DNA from: Camelus dromedarius
Lineage: Eukaryota
NCBI RefSeq assembly: GCF_036321535.1
Contig: NC_087437.1
Span: 66,218,001 to 66,282,000, forward strand
Direction: 5' to 3'
Length of the DNA: 64,000 nt
Numbering within the stretch: the stretch's first letter is position 1; every line of letters starts with the position of its first letter. This document shows positions 13,621-26,099 of this stretch, one piece after another. The translations under genes were made by a program, and so were the position numbers. The notes beneath the pieces were generated by a model. That model was not told where the DNA came from. It made no database searches and worked only from the letters and a program-made list of their open reading frames with translations.

Positions 13621-13787
13621 AGGGGAGAGGGTATATAGCTCAGTGGTAGAGTGCATGCCTATCATGCACGAGGTCCTGCGTTCAATCCCCAGTACATCTA
13701 TTAAAAAATAATAATAAATAAATAAACCTAATCCCCACTCAAGCAAAACAAAACAAAAACCCCCCAAAACAATAACAACCAAAAAAA
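13621..13787 (+). mobile_element. tRNA-derived SINE, camelid vic-1 type
   Basis: tRNA-like head with A box (tagctcagtgg) and B box (gttcaatccc) and an A-rich tail. Flanked by a TSD, aaaagcagaaagtg (13606-13619) and aaaagcagaaggtg (13784-13797). Confidence 0.8.
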
Positions 13788-13807
13788 GCAGAAGGTGGCC
13801 ACTGAGT

Positions 13808-14121
13808 GTCTATTATTTCGCTAGGGCTGTTGTAAGAAAGTACCTCAAACTGGGAGACTGAAACAACAGAAATTTATTGTCTCAGTTCTGGAAACTAGAA
13901 GTCTAAAATCAAGATAATCAAGATGTTGGCAGGACTGATTCCTTCTAAGGGCTGTAAGGGATGTGTCCCAGGCCTCTCTCCCTTGTGTGCAGCCTAATGA
14001 CCTCACTGTAACTTAATTCCCTCTGTAAAGACCCTAGCTCCAAATGCGGTCCACATTTGAGGTACTGGGGGTTAGGAATTCAACATATAAATTTTGGAGG
14101 AACACAATTCAACCCATTACA
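13808..14121 (-). mobile_element. MaLR solo LTR (MLT1A-C type)
   Basis: aaacaacagaaatttattgtctcagttctggaa...tagaagtc...gaggtactgggggttagga.ttcaacat...acacaattcaacccattaca is typical antisense MLT1 sequence. Confidence 0.8.
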
Positions 14122-15860
14122 GTGTTCTTTCTATCAGGATTCCCATAGCATTCAGAGTTTTACCACTTAAAGGTTATTTTGTTTAGTTGTAAGCTCCTTG
14201 ACAGTAGGAACTCTGTTGTTCATACCTATTTCTCAAGTCACTAGGACCACTCCTGGCACATGCCAGATATTTCACAAATGTCAGACTGAATTCACTTTTG
14301 TTCAAGAAAACTCGGAGCAAAAGGCAAAGCCATTTAACCCAGGAAATCAAGGAAGTTTGATAGCCTGCAGCAATTCTTGGAATCCTCTGAGTCAAAGGAA
14401 ATTATGTTTCCATGACACAGAATCTGGATTTCTTAATTAGAGGTATTTGCATGATGAGAGGAGACTTGTTTCTGAATAGTCATTGCTTTCCTTCTTTCAA
14501 ATCAATGGTCTCTGCTTCTGACATCAGAATTATCTCTACAGCGAGTACATGAGTCACAGAGAGGAGGTCTGGCTGTTAGTAGGGGAATGAAGAGTAGGAA
14601 AGAGGAAAGCATCTAAAGATAGAGACCTCTTACCAAGATGTACAGGAGAAAAGGAGGGCCCACAGCTCAGCCCCTCACTTACCAGTGCAACAGAAACAGC
14701 AAATTAGCTTTAACCAAGTGTTGCCCCACCTTCAGGATATGCCACTCCTTCCCTTCTTGCTGCTCAGTAAAGGTCTCCGAAGCCCCACACCAGCTGGGTA
14801 CCCTACCCTCAGTCCCTGGACCAAATGTGAAAAGCTCAACACCTAACAACCCAGAAAAAAGACACATGGGTGTGAGAGGTGCATGCTATTACCACCATCC
14901 TGCCTGACACTGAGGTCTGTGGTGTGCTTGCGTTGTTCCCTATGGATTTCAGATATGGCGTCTCAGTCTAACCACCTCCAGTTCTCAGAATAGGGGTATT
15001 CCATACTTGAAGACATGCTTCCCACGTCTTCTTCTACCACCTGAAATGTTGAAGGAAGATCTCAGCTAGGCTTTGTCAGAGTGGGCAGCATCCTTAAGCT
15101 CTATTTGTTCGGGTAACCAAGAAAGAGAAGTCAGATGGTTAAGCAGGTAAAAGTTCCTTCCCATGCCTGCTCTTCTACCTCCATCAGGTATCCAGTCCTC
15201 CAGGTCGGACGCCAAGCAAAACCCTAAGAAAGGCTTTTGGAAGATGATCTACAAAGCTAAGGCATGTCGATCTGAATTCCAGCCAGTTATAAAGGCAGAA
15301 GAGAACTTTTTCTCACACTGCTGTGCAGAGGCTTCGGAAGAGCCAGAATGCAGCTGAAAATGGTTAAAAACAATGAGGGGCTGTTACTGGTGTCTCTGAG
15401 GGAAAAAAGACCAAATCCTTGACCTACAGCTTCCCCGGGGAGCTGTGGGGAGAGGACTCTTAGAGCAAGTGCACACAGCCCGTGATTACAGGACTTTCGA
15501 CCTTCACTCCAGGAAGTTGGACTGGTCCGTGTTTGTTTGTTTTCCCCTACGGCCTAAGTCTTGAATCAGTGCTTCTCAAGTGGAGACAATATTTTCAAAG
15601 AACCACAAGATCTCTTTGAGTTTTTTTTGAAATTGGCTTTTTATTTTAATGATAATATAAAAATAAATTTTAACTTGTCCTGAATCTAGATGACTTAGAA
15701 CAGCTCCAAGAAATTTCAGTACCAAAGGTTGTATTTGTGAATGTCTTCATAACAAATGAAGCTCAAATGACGTCAAGCAAGGGTTTAAGCAAGGGTTTTG
15801 AAATGATTTGAATGTAAAAAACTAGGGGGAGAATTGAATCATCACATGGTAGATGGTAAA

Positions 15861-16616
15861 GGTGGAAGACTTGTCCAAAAACGGGCTCAGCAATATCCCT
15901 GGTCCCATGCTCTTCCAGAACCTTGTCACTACCCCATCAAGAAGTAGAGCTTTCATTTCCTCCCCTTCAGCCTCAGTGGGCCTTTGTGACTGCTTCGGGA
16001 AACAGTGCGGTTGAAGTGATGATGCATGGCTTCTCAGGCTAGGTCATAAAAAAGACAGAGCTTCCTCCTGGCTCTTCCTCTCTGAATACTTGCCTTTGGA
16101 GCATAGCTCTATATTGTGAGGAAGCTCAGGCCCCACGGAGAGACCCACCGAGGTATTCTGGCTGGAAGATTCAGATAAGGGTCGGCAGCCAGCGTCAACT
16201 ACCAGGTATGGGAGTAAGGAAGCTTTTAGATCAAGGATTGGCAGATTTTGACCTGAGGTCCAGATCTGATTTATTGCCTGTTTTTATTAATAGAGTTTTA
16301 TTGGAACACAACCACACTCGCTTATTTGCCTATGGCTTCTTTTGTGCTACAAGGGCAGAGTTTAGTAGTTACAACAAAAACTATGGTCTGCAAAGGTGAA
16401 AATAATTTACTATCTTTTACAGAAAAAGTTTATCAACCTCTGCATTAGATGATTTTAGCTCCTGGTCTTCGAGCCACCCCAGGTAAGTCCTAGTAGAGCA
16501 GAAACAAGCTGTACCTACCAAGCCCAACCCAAAACATAGATTTCCAAGCAAAATAAATGTTGCTTTAGCCACTAATTTGGGTATAGTTTATTTCATGGCA
16601 ATAGATGATTGAAACC
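15861..16616 (+). mobile_element. MaLR solo LTR (MLT1E-H type)
   Basis: cccatcaagaagtagag...gcctttgtgactgct...gaagtgatg...ggctaggtcataaaaa...aataaatgttgctttagccact...gcaatagat...gaaac. Confidence 0.7.
16232..16442. mobile_element. MER58A-like hAT MITE inserted in the MLT1 LTR
   Basis: caaggattggcaga...gttttattggaacaca...tttacagaaaaagttt.caacctctg, with a degenerate 8 bp TSD ttttagat/cattagat. Confidence 0.75.
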
Positions 16617-17356
16617 GTTTTATAAGCATGCTAGATTCAAGAGGACCTTGCCATAGCAGTTGATTTTATATTCAGATTCTATTGCTCAGAGTTGATCTTT
16701 GAATGTACCAACTTGCAACAGTTTAGTAGCAGTAAGTATGGTAGGTAATTGTGATAAAGGACTTTTTCATTCCAAACTCTAATAAGAATTAGAGGAGATG
16801 CCTCCTTTAATTCAGATTTCAATAACATCACAATGCTAATCTTATCTCTAAGAAAAGATAATTTTACATTATTATCTAGTAAAACTTTATTAAAATTAGT
16901 CTTCAGGACTTGCTTGCTGGCATCATTATGTTTCATTGTGTGGTTGGATTATCCTGCACCATCAAAACAAGTTTTGATGGTACTAGTAACATTTTCTATA
17001 ATATGCTTATTGCATACAGTTATTCTCTGCATTAAAATAATTGAAGTCAAAATGCAGACTGAAACTAAACATAGAACCAGAACCAAAACTCCTTCTATTA
17101 TTAAACAACTTTGGGGTTTTGCAAAACATCATCTCTCACATTAAATTTAATTATATAGGATTTTGTGGATTTTTAGGTTTAGTTTGATGATTTGGCTTTC
17201 TAATTGCCTAACTTGTAAACAGAACTATACACATAGGAATCTATACCTACTTTTATATATACGTGTGCATGTGTGCAGGTGCGTGTGTAACCTGAGAACA
17301 GGTGATAGAATCAGTCTGTAATACATATATTTTTCCTTTAAAGGAGGCTTGTATAG

Positions 17357-18460
17357 CTTCTGCACAGCAAAGGAAACCAGAAGTAAAACAAGAAGAAAAC
17401 CTACGGAATGGGAGAAAATTTTTGCAAGTGAAACCGACAAAGGCTTGATCTCCAGAATATATAAGCAGCTCATACGACTCAATAAGAAAAAAATAAACAA
17501 CCCAATCCAAAAATGGGCAGAAGACCTAAACAAGCAATTCTCCAAGGAAGACATACAAATGATCAAAAAGCACATGAAAAAATGCTCAATATCACTAATT
17601 ATCAGAGAAATGCAAATCAAAACTACAATGAGGTATCACCTCACACCAGTCAGAATGGCCGTCATTCAAAAATCTACAAATGACAAATGCTGGAGAGGCT
17701 GTGGAGAAAGGGGAACCCTCCTACACTGCTGGTGGGAATGCAGTTTGGTGCAGCCACTATGGAAAACAGTGTGGAGATTCCTCAAAAGACTAGGAATAGA
17801 CTTACCATACGACCCAGGAATCCCACTCCTGGGCTTGTATCCAGAAGGAAATCTACTTCAGGATGACACCTGCACCCCAATGTTCATAGCAGCACTATTT
17901 ACAATAGCCAAAACATGGAAACAGCCTAAATGTCCATCAACAGGTGACTGGATAAAGAAGATGTGGTATATTTATACAATGGAATACTACTCAGCCATAA
18001 AAACCAACAACATAATGCCATTTGCAGCAACATGGATGCTCCTGGAGAATGTCATTCTAAGTGAAGTAAGCAAGAAAGAGAAAGAAAAATACCATATGAG
18101 ATTGCTCATATGTGGAATCTAAAAAACAAAAACAAAAACAAACAAACAAAAACAAAGCATAAATACAGGACAGAAATAGACTCACAGACAGAGAATACAG
18201 ACTTGTAGTTACCAGGGGGGTGGAGGGTGGGAAGGGATAGCCTGGGATTTCAAAATTGTAGAATAGATAAACAAGATTACACTGTATAGCACAGGGAAAT
18301 ATACACAAAATGTTATGATAACTCACAGAGAAAAAAATGTGACAATGAGTGTGTATATGTCGATGAATGACTGAAAAATTGTGCTGAACACTGGAATTTG
18401 ACACAACATTGTAAAATGATTATAAATCAATAAAAAATGTTAAAAAAAATAAAATAAAAT
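17357..18460 (+). mobile_element. Young 5'-truncated L1 (ORF2 C-terminus, 3' UTR, A-tail)
   Basis: Uninterrupted ORF2 C-terminal frame to 18122 with the CCHC knuckle [18 protein letters not shown], followed by AATAAA and an A-rich tail. TSD matches at 16/17 positions (17340-17356 and 18461-18477). Confidence 0.95.
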
Positions 18461-18477
18461 AAAAGAGGCTTGTATAG

Positions 18478-18763
18478 ACACAAAAGGACAAATATTGTAT
18501 AATTCTACTTATGCGAAGTGCCTAGAATAGTCAAATTTATAGAGACAGAAAGTAGAATAGTGTTACCAGGGGTTGTGGGGAAAGGGGAATTAATTTAAGC
18601 TATCATTTAATGGGTATGGGATTTCAGTATGGGATGATGAAAAAGTTCTGGAGAGGGATGGGGTGACGGTTGCACAACAATGTGAAAGCATTTACTGCCA
18701 CTGAATTTTATACTTAAAAATGGTTAAAATGGTAGATTCTTTGTTATTTCTCTTTTACCAAAT
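18478..18763 (+). mobile_element. Old L1M (L1MB-like) 3' end
   Basis: acaaaaggacaaatattgtat...agagacagaaagtagaatagt...gatgatgaaaaagttctggaga...ggttgcacaacaatgtgaa...cttaaaaatggttaaaatggta. Confidence 0.8.
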
Positions 18764-19254
18764 TGAGAGAGGCCTGTAACTTACTTAAATATGAGAAATC
18801 CCAGCCCAAACTAAAAGCAGCTGAGGTTGTCTCTAGGATCTATCCTTCAAGCCAAGATGCTTAAAATCTTTGAGGTTTTAACACTCAGAAAGTGAGAAGA
18901 ACCACTTTGGAAATGACACCAAAGAATTAGGGCTCTGGGAAAGAACATGTCTCGCTCAGACTGAGCCACGCACCCCTCGGCTTTCGGTAAGAAGCCCTTT
19001 CCCCGCACCTGAGCCTGAGCCGGGGAGGGAGAAAGTGGTTCCAGAGAGGAGGCGGGCGTTCTGCAAGGAGGAGGCCCCCCACCTGGAAGCACTCAGAAGC
19101 TTCAGCTGTAACACATCCTTTTGTCTCGCACCAAAAGAGAACTCTTAGAAGACGGGGATCTTGGAGCAACACTGGAGCCTGAGGTACGCTTCCAACAGAA
19201 GGTAGGGAGGTGCAGCGAAGGAAATGGGGGTGATTAGAAGAGATCTGAAGGTAA

Positions 19255-19420
19255 TGATGGAGCACCTACTAGGTGCCAGACTTTGTGCTTTACATTTCTT
19301 ATCCCCTTTAAATCTTCACGTAACACTCATTGTTTTTAATCTCTTTTTTATAGAAAAGGAAACTAAGACCAGAAAGATGAGCTAACTTGCCTAAATGGTC
19401 ATATGGGTCATAAGGAGCCA
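19255..19420 (-). mobile_element. MIR SINE
   Basis: gagcacctacta.gtgccag...aggaaactaag...aacttgcctaa.ggtcata. Confidence 0.55.
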
Positions 19421-20311
19421 GAATGAGAGCTGTGTCTGTCTGTCTGTCTATCAAATCCCCAGTCCTTGCCCCTTCTCCCTCCGTGTCATATGCACCCTGG
19501 CCTCTCTCTCACCTGCTCTGGAAAGGCTCAGCCTCACTACAGCCTCCTCATCCAAAAATACCTTCTTCACAGGCTAGAAGGAGCCCTTGGGCTCTCTCTC
19601 ATTGTAAGAATTTGGCAAACAGCAAGGGACCCTGGAGAAGTGGAGTCCAGCAGGAAACAGTGAAACAGACCACCCGCAACTGGCACCATGCCAGGGCCAG
19701 AGGAGCCACCCCAAATTACTCAGGGGGCACTGATAGGGAATTCTTTCTTCAGAGTGTTTAATTTAACATGGTGGTGCACCTAGGAACAAAGCCCTTCTAT
19801 AAGAAAACTAGGCATGCTAAACAATGTTCATAGCCAAACTGCACCACAGCCCTTTCTAGCCACACTGCTTGAAAGTAGCTCTAAAAATAATATGAGCAGC
19901 TTCTATTTGCCCCTTCCCAGGAAGGTAAACAAGTAAAATCAAAGGCAGCTGCTGCTCCAGCAGCCTCTTCCTGTATTTGTTTCTTCTCTGGGGACAACCC
20001 ACTCCCTTGCCCCTACCCCTGCTTTTCCTGCTCTCTGGTTCCGCCATCAATTTCTCTCCTCAAATTAGACGCAGGCACAGGATCAGTCACTGACATTTTT
20101 TGAGTAAGCCTTTACACTTTAGTATGAATTAATGTGTATACTGCTCATTTGACATTTGCACAGTTGGATCAATATTCTCTGGTAACCCACCTCAGGCACT
20201 AGGACTCTGAAGAGGACAAAGGAGGTTATACTAAATGACATGTATAGACTATGATGATTCCATACCTGAAGAGACTGCAGGTGCCTAGACTGGGGCTCAC
20301 ATTTGGGTTTG

Positions 20312-20327
20312 GGCCACTAGATGGCAA
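20312..20327 (+). promoter_or_regulatory. Candidate CTCF site
   Basis: GGCCACTAGATGGCAA matches the CTCF core consensus CCASYAGRKGGCR. Confidence 0.55.
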
Positions 20328-21419
20328 TTACACCCTCTTCCACTATTGCAGCTAGCCCTGCATCAGCCTGTCCCTGGAGCACTGCTGCCTGATTTCCATG
20401 TCTTTCTAGGGCAAAGATCTTTGAGAAGCTCGTAAATGCCCCCTTTCATTACAGCAATCAACTCTTTCTTATCTGCCTTCAACTTTACTAGAAATACTTC
20501 TAACATCACTCAGAGAAACATTAAAAGTGAAAAGAGAAAACCCTCATACCTCATGAGGAGTTCTATCTGATCAAATATTTAACTAATATTAAGCAAGGGC
20601 CTTTGCTCCACTTTCCATCTCCTTCCTGATGTGTGTTTTGGAAAACCTTGATCCAGGGGACTCTTCTTTGGAGCTGTCCTCTCCTCCTAGCTTTCCTCGT
20701 GAGGAGGCCTGTTGGGATACTCTGGTTAGGCCACCTTCCTGTGCTCCCATGCCATTCTTCTGTGAAGCCTTTTCTAAGTCCGTTCCCAAACTTTAGCCCT
20801 ACCCTTTCACTGGGTATGTTCAAAATAGATATTTGTCATAAGACTTCTGAAGACTTAACACATCATTCCATCATTATTTGCTCATGTGTCTTCCTCACTA
20901 GGCGGCAAATGTCTAGAGAAGAGGGACAAGGTTTTATTTATTTCTGATCCCCAGAGTGCCCAGCCCAGTGAGCTGCCAACTGCCACCTGGACAGCAGGTG
21001 GAGGTTGAAAAGATCCTTGTTACCTTCTCTGAAAATCCCAGCTGTCAAAACTAACCATTATGCAGTTACTGAGCAATTTCACATCCTCTCTTCTGCCCTG
21101 TCCTAGGGCCTTGAGAGCTGACTCACTAGGTGGGTGGGTGAGAAATGGGGTGTGTTTAGGTGAGTATTTGAGGAGGTAATGTGCCATGGTGTGGAAATAC
21201 TGACATATGGCTGGATTCCTCTTGGACACTAATCTGTTCCCTTATCTCTGCTTACTCCCAAAGAAATGTCATCTATCTGGGGAAAGTGGCAAAGTGAATG
21301 AAGGCCATTTCCATTTGTCTCAAAGATGACTTCCTTTCCAGCTGCAAGCAAATTGTCCATAGAATGACATAATTTGGAATCATGTCCTAGAATATTGGCC
21401 ATCTGCTTGGCTTCCTTCA

Positions 21420-21590
21420 GAGTCTTGCTACTTGAAGTGTGGTCCTTGGAGCAGCAGTATTGATATCACCTGGGAATTTGCTAGAAATGCAGAATCTCAG
21501 GTTCCACCCAGATCTGCTGAATCAGAATCCACATTTTTACAAAATCCCCAGGTGATTCACATGCACAGTCAAGTATAAGAAGGCTGATCT
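21420..21590. mobile_element. MER5A hAT MITE
   Basis: aagtgtggtcc...atcacctggga...tagaaatgcagaatctcagg...tgaatcagaatc...atccccaggtgattc. Confidence 0.8.
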
Positions 21591-21591
21591 A

Positions 21592-21826
21592 GGGGTTGGG
21601 AAGGGATAAATTGGGAGTTCAGGATTTACAAATACTGACTATTATAAATAAAATAGATAAAAACCATATTTCATCTGTGTAGCACAGGGAACTATATTTA
21701 ATATCTTATAGTAACCTATAATGAAAAAGAATATGAAAACGTATATATGTATATGTATGACTGAAGCATTATGCTAGACACCAGAAATTGATACACTGTA
21801 ACTGACTACTACAATTAAAAAAAAAA
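21592..21826 (+). mobile_element. Short L1 3' UTR insertion with poly(A)
   Basis: L1 3' UTR motifs (tagcacagggaactatatt), an A tail, and a degenerate TSD aagaaggctgatcta (21577-21591) / aagatgactgatcta (21825-21839). Confidence 0.85.
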
Positions 21827-24809
21827 GATGACTGATCTACAGCATACTTTGAGGTCACAGTATTTCATAGTGGGTGTGGTGTCTCTGTAAACTCTGGGGT
21901 GCTCTGCCTCATCCCCAGAAGTCACAGTGGGATTAATCAAATTCTGCATGCTTTAGGTGTTTAACAGAAAACCCATTATTTGGCAATGTTGGGGCATTAA
22001 ACAGCCCTGACACTTCCTCAGTTTCCTGAGAGTTAACCTTAAAGCCTCAACTATGGTAAGCTGGACCCCAAGCCAGGGACTCTGTCAGGCTCTCAGAATA
22101 TTCTTCAGCATTAACCAGGCCATGATACCTGTGGTCACCTAGGGTAGTGGACAGACCAGGTAAAGACAAAATGAAGAGTTTCTCATAGGCATTGAAGAAC
22201 CACAGCAGTCCAGGTGAGGTTTTCTTAGTGACTGCATCAGACAAGGCTGAGAATAAGCAAGCCACTTGGGGTGGGAGTGAAGGAGTCATGTGATTTGTGG
22301 AGGACTGCAGCCTGGGCTTACTGGAATGATACTCATGAAGTCTGAAGAGATGCCTGACTAAGCCATGGGAAACCCCAAGAATCCTCCACAGGGCAATAGG
22401 CCCAGCAAGGGCGGCCTGGGGCTGACCTCAGCCACACTCTGCTTTCTGTAATTGGGGCAGGACACTGTTCCCAGGCCCCCCTGAGGTCAGATGAGTTACG
22501 GGTCAGCGCGGAGCCCGTTCTCAGGGATGATAGGCACGAGTCCACCTGGGAAAGGAGGCCATGCCATTCATGAGATTGTAGAGATTGTCAGGGTGCGTCC
22601 CCGGTAAATGAACATCTATAGGGCGAGACAGCAGGTGGCAGCCTGGGGGTTAGGCAGCCAGCGTGTTCAGGGCCAGCTTAATGTGGAGGAATCTCCTGAG
22701 GGCCTGTGAGGCATTGTGCAAGCTTGACAATAAAGCCAGAGGCTCAGGAAACAGGCAGAGAATAAGCTCCAGTGCTAGGAAAGTTCTAAGAAACAGAACT
22801 AAGTGTGGCAAAGAAGGGAAACATTCTTTCATAATTTTAATAAAGATACAAAGTAGAAATGGAAGAAAATGGGGTCCAATGAGATAAAAATATTGAACTA
22901 TTCTGTTTACAACCCAATTTTACCCTGAGCTGACCTTGAGGGTAGAGAGCTTGTATCATTTAGTTTCTTCTTTTATCTTTCTCCTGGTGTGCAGGAAGTG
23001 ACTCCCTGACCCTCTTCTCCCCACTCAGGTCTTAATACAACCCTTTCCTGCTGTCTCCAGCGGCACTGGCTTTTCCTAAGAGAATTTGCAGGGGCCAAGG
23101 GTGCCTGGTGTGGAAGCTGACATTGACCTATGAAGTGTCCAGTCAGAAATCGTTCCCAGACCAATGTGAACAATGTGTGCCTTTAACTACACATATATAC
23201 ATACATATATATGAATGTATATATTATATATATATAATTTTATGGTAACAGTTCAATAACATTTTAATATTTTTGTGTTTCTTAATTTTGTGGTAACAGC
23301 TTAATAATAACTATTTGTTACTAAACATTTTATATTTTACTTAAACTTTATGTTTGTTATAACACCACAAAAATTGCCCATAACTTTTCACCTAAATATA
23401 ACTATTTTTATCTCTCTATCATTCCTGTGTGCCCTAAGATGACCAAAAAAAAAAAAAAAAAAAACCACTTCTGAATATAACCCATGCTGTCCTAAGCCAC
23501 ATCAGTTTGAAATAAAATAGTCACCGTAATGGTAAAAGTTGCATTTCTCTGGCTCTGCTGTTACCTTTAATTTTGAGAAATCTGACCACTCTCAAATTCC
23601 ACCCACCTATTTCTGACAGTCTCTGCACAAAGGTGGGATTGAAAACACAAGGGTGGCCTCTTGTGTTTTCCCAAGCAAGGATTTTCGGTTACAAAGCGAT
23701 CTTTACCATACATCCCTCAACCCCTCCCTGTTCTGAAAGTTTTGTTGTTAACCTCCTGCAAATCTCCACACCCAAATGATAACTCCTTCCCTCAATATCC
23801 CCACCCCACAAGTAACTATGCCTATTATGGATTTAGAGTCATCTCAAAGGCCCTCCCCTCCCCTTTGTCCTTGCATGGAACTCTCAACTCTTCCAAGCCT
23901 CTGGGTCTCCAACACGACCCCTGAGTACTGGGCAAAAGGGCAGGCCTAGGGAATGACGGGATGCTGCTCTTAGAATCGTACAGTGAGACACGCTCCTGGG
24001 CAGACCCACAGTTACGTGTACTTGCCGGTGCTGCAGAGGTAGCTCCCATCTAGAAAGCCTGTGAGGACTCAAGTGATGGAAGGTGGTAATAATGTGGGAA
24101 GGAATCTTAAAATTGCTTCTATTAGTTAATTATTTAAAATTTTACAATCCCCTGCTTTAATGCTTGGTGGTAACAAATGGTGACATTCCTCACAACCTGA
24201 CACCACTATTGAGAACTGGAGAGCTGGATATTTTTTGCTGTAGGAATTCAAAAGATTGACTCAACTGGGCTGAGAATCATAGAAGTCTTTGCACAGAACT
24301 TGAAATTATGAGCCCAGTTTTTAGAGATAAGTAAAACTGATACGGGTAGGAAGAGCTGGTGAAAGCTTTGTATGTGGAGACTGTATGAACAGAGGCACAG
24401 AGGCAGGAAAGCACAAGGCTTGTTCAGTGACCCTTTTGGCTTATTAGGTTCCTGTGGGGAAATAGTGAGAAACAATAGCTAGAAAGATTGACTTGGGACT
24501 GCCACATTGAAGAGAAATCTTAATGCCAGCTCAGGAGTCTGAATTTTTCTTAAAGGCACAGAGAGATATTGAAAGATTTTGTGCACGTGAATGGCATGAT
24601 GAAATTAGCATTTTAAAGAAAATAGTTCTGGTGTTTGTATTCAGAAAATATAGGAAAGAAAATCTGAAAGAGCTGAAGACAAATTTAGTTATTTTACCTA
24701 GGTCTTTGTATTTCTTTGAATCTTACTTTAAATTATTTGTTTAAATATATTTATTGCTAATTCTAGTGAATGTATGGATACATATTATTCTTGACAGTTT
24801 TAAAATGTC

Positions 24810-25460
24810 ATTTTTAAATTGAATAGTTGATTTACTATATTATACTAGTTTAAGGTGTATAGCATGGTGATTCACTATTTTTATAGATTATGCTCCATTA
24901 AAAGTTATTACAAGATAATGACTATAATTCCCTGTGCTATGCAATATGTCCTTGTTGCTTATCTACTCTATACACAGTAGTTTGTATCTCTTAACCCCAT
25001 ATACCTGTTTGCCCCTCCACCCTTCCCTCTCCCCTTTGGTAACCACTAGTTTGTTTTCTACATCTGTGAGTCTCTCTCTGTTTTGCATATACATTCATTT
25101 GTATTATTTTTTAGATTCTACATATTAGTGATACAATATTTGTCTTTCACTGTCTGATTTATTTCACTAAGCATAATGTCTAGATCTATCCACGTTGCTG
25201 GAAATGGCAGAATTTCATTCTTTTTTGTACCTGAGTAACAGTTCATTCGATATATATACTAGATCTTCTTTATCCATTTGGTCTGTTGATGGGCATTTGG
25301 GTTACTTCCATATCTTGGTTATTGTAAATAATGCTGCTATGAAAATTGGGGTGCATGTATCTTTTCGAAATAGTGTTTTCATTTTTTTCTGGATATCTAC
25401 CCAGAAGTGAAATTGCTAGATTATATGATAGTTCTTTCTATCTTTAGTTTTTTGAAGAAC
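24810..25460 (-). mobile_element. L1 3' end, antisense
   Basis: tttggtaaccactagtttgttttcta.atctgtgagtct...ttagattctacata...tgtaaataatgctgctatgaa. Confidence 0.85.
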
Positions 25461-25479
25461 GTCAGAATTTTTTTCAAAT

Positions 25480-26090
25480 AAGGAATAGAAGTGAACATAA
25501 TTAATCTGATAGTTTCAACAGAAACCCTACATGGATATAATACTCACTTGTGAAATGTTAAAAGTTCCCCTCTGATACCAGGAATAAGTTAAGGATTCTT
25601 GCTGTTCAATATTAGACTGGGAATTCTAAATTTAAGACAGTAAATTTAAGATAAGAAAAGAAATAAAATGACAAGAACTTGAAAGGAGAAAACAGACTCA
25701 TTATTTGCAGGTGAAACAACAAAATAACCCACAAATAAATTAATTGAATTTATAAGAAAATTTAGCAGAATAACTGGATGGATTTTGTAAATATACAAAA
25801 TTAAGTGTTCAATACTCAAATTTTAAGCCCTGCAAGAAAACCACAATTATATGAAGATGAATATGTTATATTACATGTTGTTTGTGATAGCAACAAATTG
25901 GAAATGATTCAAATGTCTATTAAAGAAAAACTAATTAAACTAGGATTCATACTACTTTGAAGAATTATATAGTAGTTAAATAGAATGAGAAAATATATAT
26001 ATATATATACCAACATGAAAAGATATCTAAGATGTATTCTTCAATAAGAAAGTTAATTCCAGAATGATATGTATGTTACATCAATTTTGT
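25480..26090 (+). mobile_element. Old L1M (L1ME-like) ORF2/3' fragments
   Basis: Decayed RT-region sequence (cattatttgcagg.ga; aaatttagcaga) followed by L1M 3' motifs. Confidence 0.55.
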
Positions 26091-26099
26091 ATAGATGAC

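Larger units (their letters stand above)
15567..18907 (+). mobile_element. Degenerate hAT/Charlie DNA transposon, interrupted by nested elements
   Basis: Left end cagtgcttctcaa is TIR-like. A decayed transposase C-terminus lies at about 16900-17144 and ends ...KHHLSH*, like Charlie/Buster transposases. Possible right end gaagaaccact near 18900. Confidence 0.5.

Noticed and set aside
13622..13695. Apparent tRNA gene
   Set aside because: It is followed by an A-rich tail and flanked by a TSD, so it is a SINE head rather than a functional tRNA.
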